The notes beneath the pieces were generated by a model. The model saw only the letters and a program-made list of their open reading frames with translations. It made no database searches and was not told the DNA's origin. This document shows, one piece after another, positions 1 to 10,048 of a stretch of 45,124 nucleotides of DNA. Each line of letters begins with the position of its first letter. The stretch's first letter is position 1. The DNA comes from Octopus bimaculoides (lineage: Eukaryota): the NCBI RefSeq assembly GCF_001194135.2, contig NC_068982.1, forward strand, positions 179,324,969 through 179,370,092, written 5' to 3'. The position numbers were made by a program, and so were the translations under genes.

Positions 1-38
1 GCAAAAAAAAAACAACAAAAGTCTTAACAAAAACTTAC

Positions 39-150
39 TCGTCGCTAGAAAGGAACTTAACTCCTGTTTGTAAACAATTGTGATCTCTCCGACTTGAAAA
101 TTGTTAAAAGTTTTGGTTGAAAATTTATTTTTACTGCTACTCGCTGGTGC
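39..150 (-). CDS. Candidate internal exon (112 nt) of an unidentified host gene
   Basis: Minus strand reads: branch point CCCTAAC (181-187), pyrimidine tract and acceptor TTATTTTTCCCATAG, then a frame-0 ORF APASSSKNKFSTKTFNNFQVGEITIVYKQELSSFLAT (the other two frames have stops), then donor GA|GTAAGT (33-38). Product not recognised. Confidence 0.5.
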
Positions 151-306
151 CTATGGGAAAAATAAGTTGACGAAAATACAGTTAGGGTCATGACAAATGT
201 CCTCCTAAAAGTGGAGCGACATGCGTGCTAATTTGTGGACGAGCATAAATTACATTTACGTACACACACATACGCACACACACATCCAGCCTTTTATACA
301 TACAAA

Positions 307-450
<144 letters not shown>

Positions 451-664
451 TACATGTGCATATATATCTCTTCAAATGCAGAGCCGTAAAATACTTAAAA
501 ATGTTTTTCACACATTATAAACATTTCGAATAGAATTTGATTCAATCATGAATAGCTCATGCCAAGTCAAAACTCAGGGGAGAATGAGAACTTATAATAT
601 GTGTGAGCACGTTGTGTATGTTTATGTGTAGAACACACATTCACACATACAAACGTACATACAG

Positions 665-1025
665 ACGGGTTCATTATTTTCTGAATATCTTGCTGCGAGT
701 AAGCCACATGGTGACAATCATCAGTGTATAACAAAGCAGATAGAGTTATAAAGGTCTTCGATTTAGCTTTGAAACGATTACAATTTGAAAGTTTACTTAG
801 TGTGATAACGGACAATAATGCCTAGGTCACAGTCTCGAAATGTATCAGTAGTAAAGGCTTAAAGTAAAAGAACAATACAAGTAAATCGCTCCGCTTAACA
901 TCATTGTCCACAGAAATAGGTTCCAGCAAAGTATCATTTGAGTTGAATGTAGTTAGACAAATATATCAGCAAACTTAGATAATTATCCCAATCTCTCAGT
1001 AATCTCCTTAGTGCATTTCTAATTG
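665..1025 (-). mobile_element. Decayed RTE-clade (BovB-like) LINE reverse-transcriptase fragment
   Basis: With frameshifts: EPISVDNDVKRS (~EPF.V.NGVKQG), GIIVRYHT, KLSNCNRFKAKSKT (~KLFNLRRF.AKTK), LLYTDDCHHVAYSQQDIQKIMN (~LLFADDCALVAHS..DLQ.IMD). Confidence 0.65.
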
Positions 1026-1239
1026 CCACATCAGAAGTTATCTATAGATCAAAAATAATAATAATGATAAAAGTGAGAGTCTCTGTGTTAAGAACTTAAT
1101 TCTCTTACAAATTTTGGGCGTTAAAAATGATGTCCCCGATGCTTCTATCGTATTTGATTCTACATTGAGTATCTGCGACAGTAATGGTGAACATATTTTC
1201 TTAAAAAATTTTCAATAACAACTTAGCAAATATCTTACC

Positions 1240-1470
1240 AACTATTATAAATGAAGAAATATCAGGGAAGCTAGTTATAGTTTACTCTTTTTCCTTGTAC
1301 AGGGAAATCAGTGTTGCATATTGCCAGTTTTGTGAAACTCTTAATCCTTTCTACGTGTTGACAATTAATGTGTTCACAAAATCAGCCATTATATCCCAGC
1401 TATGCTTAATAACCTTAGATGGTATACCATAAATCTCAAGGATCTTACATGAGTTCATCTGTTAAATGAC
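1240..1470 (-). mobile_element. Possible older RTE-like RT remnant
   Basis: KILEIYGIPSKVIK resembles the RT motif IL..YGIP.K.I; the downstream match is weak. Confidence 0.3.
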
Positions 1471-1949
1471 GATTTTGACTTCCTCTTTCTATAATGTAGC
1501 ACTTCAGAAGGTAGAAAAAAATTGTAAAATGGTCTAATGATTCAAAGTACCTTCAATATCTGGAGAAAAGCGAATATCTATTTTAAAAGTTGTACGTTGC
1601 TTTAGAGTCGTTGAAGCAATATCTGTGATTGCGTGATCTAAATATATTGGCAAAGTTGAGATTAACATCTTGTTTTAAATCTGGCTGTAAACTATCGGGC
1701 GTTAAGTTTTTCCAAAACCTTAGGAAAAAGCCCAGATGTTATAAAATCTTGTATATTGTTAAACATCGAGCGTTTCGGAATCTTCGTGTTATTTATTGCA
1801 AGCTTCTTCTTTCGAGCTCAGATGATCCGTTCGCTCCACATGATCAATAACGTCATGTTTGCCTATCATAAGAAAGTCAATAAGGTAACCTCGTTTCTAC
1901 CGATCATGCGTCACGCGGACATATGCATTGAGACACACATACACACAAT

Positions 1950-2545
1950 GTGCTTTAGAAAGCCCGTACAATGCCAATTGAAAAGCTGAGAATGAAAGAT
2001 AATAAACCAAAATAAATTTCTCGTTTGGAGAAGCCTAATTTCTCAAGATTGGTATTTAGGCAATGTGTTACCTATCTCAGAGCCCCAATAATTACAGGCA
2101 TAAACCTGAACTTGTAATCTGGATAGAGTAACAGCAGATTTCGCAATAGTTCATCATAGGTGTTCTCTTTTTCACTGATCTTCAGCTTTATGTTAACATC
2201 CGCTGGGCAGCTAATTTCCACAACTGTGAACAGTTTCTCTTCTCTGTCCCAAATCTTTACATCAGGTTTGTTGTGCTCACATTTTATTGAGGTCTTCACT
2301 GGTACATTCCGGTTTTCCTATCAATAACTTGAATCTCATCAAGCGTCCAGTCAAGCAGCCCAAATGTTAGTATGAGTACTGGCACTGCAAACACATTGTG
2401 AGCCACTGAATGTAGAGAGTTCTTAGGTCCAAAGTTTCGTTATTCGGCTGTATTGTTCTTTAGTAACACGTGTTTTGTTACAGTTGCCATTGTAAGATAT
2501 ATTTTCACCCACCCCTAGATACTTGTAACATTCCTCATCAGATGT
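1950..2545 (-). mobile_element. R4/Dong/NeSL-type RLE non-LTR retrotransposon fragment, internally deleted
   Basis: EECYKYLGVGENI and AHNVFAVPVLILTFGLLDWTLDEIQVIDRKT (RT thumb) are joined directly to NVPVKTSIKCEHNKPDVKIWDREEKLFTVVEISCPAD...PVIIGAL (restriction-like endonuclease, PD..D..E motif). Confidence 0.8.
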
Positions 2546-2690
2546 ATGGATGTATGTATGTATGTATGTATGTATGTATGTATGTCATTATTCAGTTTTA
2601 TTTCAAAATTTCTTGCCAATAGAGAAAGGGCCGGTTTCTAACCTAGATCTAAGGCTCCTTCACTGAAATTTCAACATCAAAAACAGGGTG
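2545..2690 (-). mobile_element. Short retroposon 3' end with (ATAC)n tail
   Basis: About 100 bp of complex sequence ending ...GAAATAAAACTGAATAATGAC, then (ATAC)n on the minus strand; it abuts the RLE LINE fragment. Family assignment is from pattern only. Confidence 0.4.
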
Positions 2691-3414
2691 TTTTGTATGC
2701 ATGTATGTATATGTGCAGACTTCTATGTTTTATTTTATGTACGTCTTCTCATGTACGTATGTATGTATGTATGTATGTATGTATATTTGTAAATATGCAT
2801 GTGAAACTGTTTTGTTTCTAAATGCTTGAAAGAACAAAGTTGTATCAGTAATTAACATACTAGTGTATTTTAAAACTAAATGATACATTAAACACAAATC
2901 TTAAAACGACAGTAAGTTAACACAGTCAGCTATGGATGAATTTCATATCTTTCTGACTATATCAAGCTAAGGAGAGCTACTGAAGTACCATGTACGAATG
3001 AAAATAAGGGGGTTGGATATCAACTACAGACAGTTAAATAATAGAATTACGACAACAAAAGTGAAATATGAAAATCAGTCCTAAGCTGTAGTTATTTATC
3101 TAGGAGCTATCTCAAGTATAAAGTATAAAATACAAATTGAACACACGAAGGAAAAAAAAAATCGATGAACATTTTACAAGGGTGCTGAGAGTTACTTCGA
3201 TCAGGAAGTAGAATGGTATTTAGCAACAATGGAATAGCTTTAATATTTTCACACGACTGTGATTATCCTTGGAGCAAAATAAGTTGGAAAGTTATGTAGT
3301 TCGTCACCCCGACTGAGCATAAAATAGTTTATGCCAATAATTCTTGACACATCATTATTGATGTCAGGTGAGTTCACAGAGACGTTCAACTCGTACAGAT
3401 TCTGATAAACACTC

Positions 3415-3558
3415 ACTCACACACACACACGCGCGCGCGCGCACACACAGATATATGAGTATATGTGTAGATACATATATGCATGTATGTATACATGTGT
3501 ACATATGTATGCATGTACGTATTTACGTATACGTGTATATACATATATATATATATGT

Positions 3559-3629
<71 letters not shown>

Positions 3630-3755
3630 TGGGTGTGTGTATAATATGCATAATATGGAGAAAGTGAGAGAAATAGATGAGTACATACATATTTACATAT
3701 ACACCAATATACCATACATACATTTGCAATCATGAATACATAGAAAAGGAAAGAG

Positions 3756-3798
<43 letters not shown>

Positions 3799-3850
3799 GA
3801 GAGAGACAGAGAGATAGAGAGAGAGAGAGAGATATATAGAGAGAGATGAA
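3415..3850. repeat. Compound microsatellite block (CA, CG, TA, GA)
   Basis: Seen directly; it explains the YI/SL-repeat ORFs. Confidence 0.95.
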
Positions 3851-5340
3851 GACAAATATAGATATATATGCACCTAAATTGCAAAGAATTCCCCATTTAC
3901 ATTTCATATTACTACGGCTTCCTGCTATGAAAATCTCGCAAAGTTGTCAAGAGCAAACCTTATAAGTTTGAAATGTAATAATGAGTTAAATTGAGTGTAA
4001 ACTTAACTAAAAATAGATATTTTGTGACTCAAAAATGTCTAAAAAATATATTTTCATAAATATTCTATGTTCAAATATTTCCGAAAGAAACAAAACAGAA
4101 GCGTAGATTAAATGGTTTTTAAGAGGTGATACGAAATTAATGTTCTTTAAGTATTAATGTTTTTTTGAGTATCATTTGGAAACATGAAAGAAAGATCACT
4201 ATGTTTATATGTAAATAAAATACCTCTAGTATTATTTTTTAGGTATTTGTCCTCTCACATAAAGTGAATCTTTAATTCAACTTCTTGCCAGACTTCAAAG
4301 AATATCTGGGAAGCAGCGGAGTGTCAGAAACGACACACAGGAAGACTAATGTAGATCGTTCTTTTATAATTTGAGATAATTTTTTTCCTTTTATCACCTT
4401 GGGGTTTATAAAATTAATACCAGCCTTGAGCAGTGGCTTATTCACTCCTCTATATGCTTCCTGTAAAACAGTGTGGTGTTGTGCCAATCAAGTAAATCAA
4501 TATTTACCGTATTCCATCTTTTACGACACAACATAGACACGCACCAATGGAAACTATCACAGGTTACATTCGATTGTACTATAAACTGCACTTTCACTGA
4601 AATATATTGCTGTAACAGTAGATTACTTGAAATTCTAGAAATCAGACCATTTAGAAGAAATAAGTTTGATCCAAATGCATGCTGAGAACTTCTAAGTGCC
4701 TGTGTCGAATGATACGTAAATTGGTTAATGCATTCTTTCAAAAGAATGGTGGTTCCAGCTAGACATTATTATTCTCAGATCAAAGAGTGGCCTATCTTAC
4801 CGCTGTCAAAGTAATCAAAAAGCATAAAACTTGAAATGCATACGTCAACTGAATTTGTTTCATCTGAACAGCATATTCAAGGTAATAACTATATAGCTAT
4901 TTCATTTCTATGTATGCTTAACAGTTGAAGCACACTTTCCAGAATAAATTACTCGGTGCCATTATATAATGGTGATGATGAAAGGGCCAACATCCACTTT
5001 TCTTGTTTTATGTTTAGTTTCAGAGACAAAAGATTTTAGATCTAAATTGCATTTAAATTGCGTAATATAACTCTTTAATCCTTATCGCGAAAATAAGTCA
5101 GTGGTTGAGATGTATTATTTTATTTTATTTATGTACTTGCCTTGACACATACTGTATGACTAAAATATAATAGAATACAAAAAAAAATCAAAAGCGCTTG
5201 ATATGTCTCTCTTTGACACCAATAGTAGTGGAATTCGGTCGAGCATTAAATTAGTTTAAACCTCCTACTGACATAGACCCCTAACCCTACTATACCCTTC
5301 TGAATTCTAATGTCTCGTCCAGTATATCTAATCTACGATA

Positions 5341-5530
5341 TTTTACTTGTTTCAGTCATTGGACTACGACCATGCTGGGGCGCCGCCTTGAAGGGTTTTT
5401 AGTCAAACGAATCAAAGCTAATACTTACTTTTAAATCTGGTACTTATACTATAGGTAACATAAACAAGCCAGAACCGATTCTCAAGAGACGGAAGGGGAT
5501 AAACACAAGTACACAGACACATACACACAA
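5341..5530 (-). mobile_element. SINE (family B here) 3' part
   Basis: Tail AAGGCGGCGCCCCAGCATGGTCGTAGTCCAATGACTGAAACAAGTAAAA on the minus strand; aligns with 12540-12915 and 38670-38875. Confidence 0.75.
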
Positions 5531-5585
5531 ATGAATATATACATACTTACATACATATATATATGTACATATATATATAATGTTC

Positions 5586-6066
5586 AATAAGAATAATGTC
5601 CGTCTGTCGTTTCCGTCGATGACCAGGGCATCACATGGGAAAAGAAGACGGGTCACGGTGCGACCACTTGTAGGTGATCAGGAGGCCGATCCGAGCTCGG
5701 AAGGTTCTGTTGCAGGCCGGACACTGGTGGCCTTCTGGGAATGAAGGCAAGTTTCTTCGTGTTCCTGCGATCCTATTCTGTTCGTAGGAGGCGGCACCTC
5801 CTTTGGTACAGCTACACCAGGGAGGACGGTCCTGTGCCTGCATTCCCAAGTGTCAGGCTAAATAGTTTCCAGATGAACTGTCTGAGAGCATTGCTTAAAA
5901 TTACCTGACAAGGCAATGCCCCAGACACGGAGGTCCTCCCACGAGCTGATCTGCCAAGCATTTATACTCTGCCGATGTGAGCGCAGGTCAGGTTGGGAGG
6001 CGACCTTGTTCGAATGCCTGACACACGACTACCCAAAATCTGTTTTACAATGAATTGGCAGAAGGT
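5586..6066. mobile_element. RTE-clade LINE 3' copy with an inverted 5' segment
   Basis: Minus 5857-5598: PDTWE.AQDR..W...YEQNR...CPACNRTFRARIGL plus 3' UTR and ATT-type tail. Plus 5855-6066: RLNSF.MNCLRALLKIT*Q..PDTEVL.RADLPSIYTL...VRMPDTRLPK.LFYNELAEG, which lies upstream in RTE ORF2. Confidence 0.85.
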
Positions 6067-6594
6067 ATATANNNNNNNNNNNNNNNNNNNNNNNNNNNNN
6101 NNNNNNNNNNNNNNNNNNNNNNNNNNNNNNNNNNNNNNNNNNNNNNNNNNNNNNNNNNNNNNNNNNNNNNNNNNNATATATATATATATATATATATAAT
6201 AGCCCAAATATAAGGTTAAAGAATTAAGGTTAAGACAATACGTGTTAAACACATTATCGAAACCTTATTTCAGGGTAAGTCCCAGATTGTGTGTCCATGG
6301 GGCATGTTCACCACTTATTGCTACCAGGCATCATCTACGATACTTAGCAGACATTGTTGTAATAATTCCACAAATTCCAGGATGGACGTTGGGTATGTAT
6401 TAAAGATAAAAAGAGAAGACGTAATGTATCAACAAAAAAATTTATATTACCATCTTCAAGATGCACTGCTCCCTTGTGGGAGTGGAACGACGCAATAACA
6501 CCAGATACAACGCACAGTGCATAGAAGACTCCTCATGTGGGACAATAAGGTTTTAAGCTGGGAGATTTACATTTGACTTTATATATTTATACAT

Positions 6595-6730
6595 GACGGA
6601 CTTTCAGTTTTTGCCAACCAAATCCACTCACAAGGTTTTGATCTACTCGGGGCTATAGTCGAAAACACTTGCTCAAGGGCTGGAGCTGGAACCAAGTGTT
6701 TGGGAAACAAATTTCTTACCAACACAGACA
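6595..6730 (-). mobile_element. SINE family B 5' part (degenerate)
   Basis: Its reverse complement aligns with the head of 12540-12680 (GCAAGTGTTTTCGACTATAGCC...CCTTGTGAGTGGATTTGG...CTGAAAG). Confidence 0.6.
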
Positions 6731-7367
6731 CTCCTGCACCTATATCTTATTTATTCATTTATTCATTCATTTATTGTTAAGACCTTGTGCTTGCCCTCAT
6801 GAATAATCCACTTCACTCCCTATTCCCATCCCTTACAATATTTTGTATATATCCTTGCTCTTCAAAAGTAGCGAAGTGTAGGCTAGATACTGACTGCTGT
6901 TTCTATAATGTCGAGGGATCACTTAGAAAAACTATGCAATCGGAATAGATTGAGAAATTTTTAACATACTGCGTTGACACTTGCCGCTAATTTGCTAGCA
7001 GCATAATTTCCAGTGATTTGGAAAACAGAGTCTGTTATCACAGTGGCATATATAATGTAAAGAAATAGACAAAACAAAAGTGCCGAGCGAACTTTTGTTA
7101 ATCCTTTGTATTCATCAATATGACTACGGCGCTGCTATTACAGAGAGTGCAGTTTAAGATTTAGAAGCTGGGGTTAAGAAGTTTCTCTTCCACCTGAGTA
7201 GATTAACTTTCGACAAGTGATTTTATGGTTTATTTTTGGGACAACTAACAATACAGTATAAAATAATAAATATACTAGGATATATAATGGTACAGAGCAC
7301 TCAGCCGGAGTTTGAGAAGTCCAGCGTTCGATTTTCTGTGGAGGTTTGCTAGCCACTTTTTTTTTAA

Positions 7368-7418
7368 CAGCGGTGCCCCAGCATGAACGCAGCTTTCGAG
7401 CTGAAACTAGTTAAAGAA
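7368..7418 (+). mobile_element. Isolated CR1/SINE-type 3' tail
   Basis: GCGGTGCCCCAGCATGAACGCAG...GCTGAAACTAGTTAAAGAAT matches the tail shared by the CR1-like and SINE B copies. Confidence 0.55.
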
Positions 7419-7657
7419 TTAAATAATTATACACTGCAAAATATCAAATATACAAAATAAAATACTTAATATGTAATACATGGTGCTAAACATGCAATAC
7501 AGTTTACTAAATATACAACAAGCCTCTAATTCTACGAAATATTAATATGCAATATAGAGGATAAATATTTAATTAAAAGATATATGTTTAGGGTAATAAA
7601 TATAAATCATAATATATTATATTTAGAGTACTAAATATAAATCATAATATATTAAGT

Positions 7658-8265
7658 ATGTGCAATCGTTCAGCTACGCATAACTTGCATCTCTTTCAGC
7701 CATTTATATATGGCATAGATTTCCCCCACGATTCTCCACTTGATAGTATGTGGTATGCAATTAGTCTTCAGATCCGATACATGGCTAACCAATAGCTTTA
7801 CTTTAATCAATGTGCTTCCTAAAACATTAAACCACAAATGCAGGAAGATTTTTAATAGACGCGTGATAAAATATCGTACAACTCCAACTCCAATATAAAT
7901 GATATTATAATTCGCAAGTTACACCAAGAACCCACTCTCAGATAAAACTGTTGTGACTGTGAAGTTTGGCCGCTTGATGGGATGTGTTTGATAAAGGCTG
8001 TAAGGTGAGGTTACAGCAGTGGTTCAGAGCAACGTAATCTAGAAGAAAAATGACGTCATTGTATGCAAAGATAAGTTTAAAAGCCGTTATGCAAATCACC
8101 ACTCTTCTTTCTGACACATTCATAAAAATAAAGCCACTAAGTTGGCTAGCCATGTATGAGATCTGAAGACCAACGGCATATCACGTACAATCAAAGAGAT
8201 AATCGTGGAGAATATATAAATGGCTGAAAGAGACGCAAGTTATGCGTAGCTGAACGATCGCACAT
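7658..8265. mobile_element. MITE/fold-back element with ~130-bp terminal inverted repeats
   Basis: 7658-7710 is the reverse complement of 8213-8265 at 51/53 nt. Weaker inverted similarity continues inward (about 7722-7790 vs 8140-8212). No clear TSD. Confidence 0.75.
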
Positions 8266-9064
8266 TCTTTGTAGTTTCAAGAACTTCACATTGCTTAATT
8301 CTTTAGCAAATGCAAGCTCATAGACAAGATTTTAAAAATTATTTTTATCAAAGTGGAGGACACCTATCTCTCCGAATTGAGCAGATATTTCACAGACCTT
8401 GGCCTCTTCTCTGTTATATCATTCCACACCAGCTAGATTGATTATGATTTCTACAGACAAAAGTGAGGAAGATGTTGGATTTCTTGTTTTCCTTTCCTCT
8501 CGTTCCACTTTTTGCATTAACATTCTTCGCATTTATATTCCCGTTATATATATATGGAACAAATCAACGAACTATGAGAGATTTTTTGTGATAGATTCTA
8601 TTCATAACACATCTAATACTCAGCTTATTGCATATTTTTTAAACAGGAAATTTCTCCTGTGTGTGTGTGTATGTGTGTACATGTGCGCGCGTGTAGTTTG
8701 TGCGTGCACGTTTTACATTCTGAGATAGAAAATTCGAAAGACCATGAGATCCATCTCCGTTTCGTAATTGAATATTTTCTGAAATGCATATCTTCAGTGT
8801 TCCAAAATATATATTTTATAATTTCATCTTATTTCAATCAGTCATTCGCTTAAGATAATTTTTCGCAAAGTGATTTCTAGTTTTGAATAATTTCTAAGGT
8901 TTCTTCCAGTTCTGAATACTGATTTAATGATCCAATCACGTCTTCTGCCAAATTATTGAATAATTTACGAACTATGACATAAAGGTAAGTATAGCTATAC
9001 CTGAAAATAGAAAATTCATCAAATTTCCATTGGTATTTCATTTTGCAATTACTTTTTCTTATTA

Positions 9065-9388
9065 TCACTCTCTCTCTATCTTTCTCTCTCTCTCTGCTTC
9101 TGCTTCTCTCTCCCTACTTCTTTCTCTGTGTCTGTTTTTATGTTTCTCTCTCTCTCCTCCTACCACCTCTTTCTCTCTTTCTCCAATACACACGCAGTGT
9201 CACTCGATTGTAGCTGACAAAAGAAACTGTACCGAAGTATATATACATATACAAATAGATATGTATGCGTGCGTTTGTGTGTGTGCGCTTTTCTGTGCGT
9301 TTGAGTGTATGTATGTATGTATGTATGTATGTTCGTAAATGCATACCTATATATACATATGTGTATGTGTGTGTATGAACACAAACTC

Positions 9389-9427
<39 letters not shown>
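9065..9427. repeat. Compound CT/TG/TATG/TA microsatellite region
   Basis: Seen directly; ends at an N gap. Confidence 0.9.
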
Positions 9428-10002
9428 NNNNNNNNNNNNNNNNNNNNNNNNNNNNNNNNNNNNNNNNNNNNNNNNNNNNNNNNNNNNNNNNNNNNNNNNN
9501 NNNNNNNNNNNNNNNNNNNNNNNNNNNNNNNNNNNNNNNNNNNNNNNNNNNNNNNNNNNNNNNNNNNNNNNNNNNNNNNNNNNNNNNNNNNNNNNNNNNN
9601 NNNNNNNNNNNNNNNNNNNNNNNNNNNNNNNNNNNNNNNNNNNNNNNNNNNNNNNNNNNNNNNNNNNNNNNNNNNNNNNNNNNNNNNNNNNNNNNNNNNN
9701 NNNNNNNNNNNNNNNNNNNNNNNNNNNNNNNNNNNNNNNNNNNNNNNNNNNNNNNNNNNNNNNNNNNNNNNNNNNNNNNNNNNNNNNNNNNNNNNNNNNN
9801 NNNNNNNNNNNNNNNNNNNNNNNNNNNNNNNNNNNNNNNNNNNNNNNNNNNNNNNNNNNNNNNNNNNNNNNNNNNNNNNNNNNNNNNNNNNNNNNNNNNN
9901 NNNNNNNNNNNNNNNNNNNNNNNNNNNNNNNNNNNNNNNNNNNNNNNNNNNNNNNNNNNNNNNNNNNNNNNNNNNNNNNNNNNNNNNNNNNNNNNNNNNN
10001 NN

Positions 10003-10048
<46 letters not shown>

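Noticed and set aside
6255-6400. Penelope-like RT motifs (GACSPLIA, RYLADIVVI)
   Set aside because: Spacing between the motifs is far too short and the matches are weak.
8877-9000. Exon candidates on both strands (minus acceptor TTTTCTATTTTCAG then RYSYTYLY...IIQN*; plus donor AAG|GTAAGT at 8984)
   Set aside because: The minus frame ends in a stop with no good donor and no recognisable product; the plus-strand exon has stops in all three frames.
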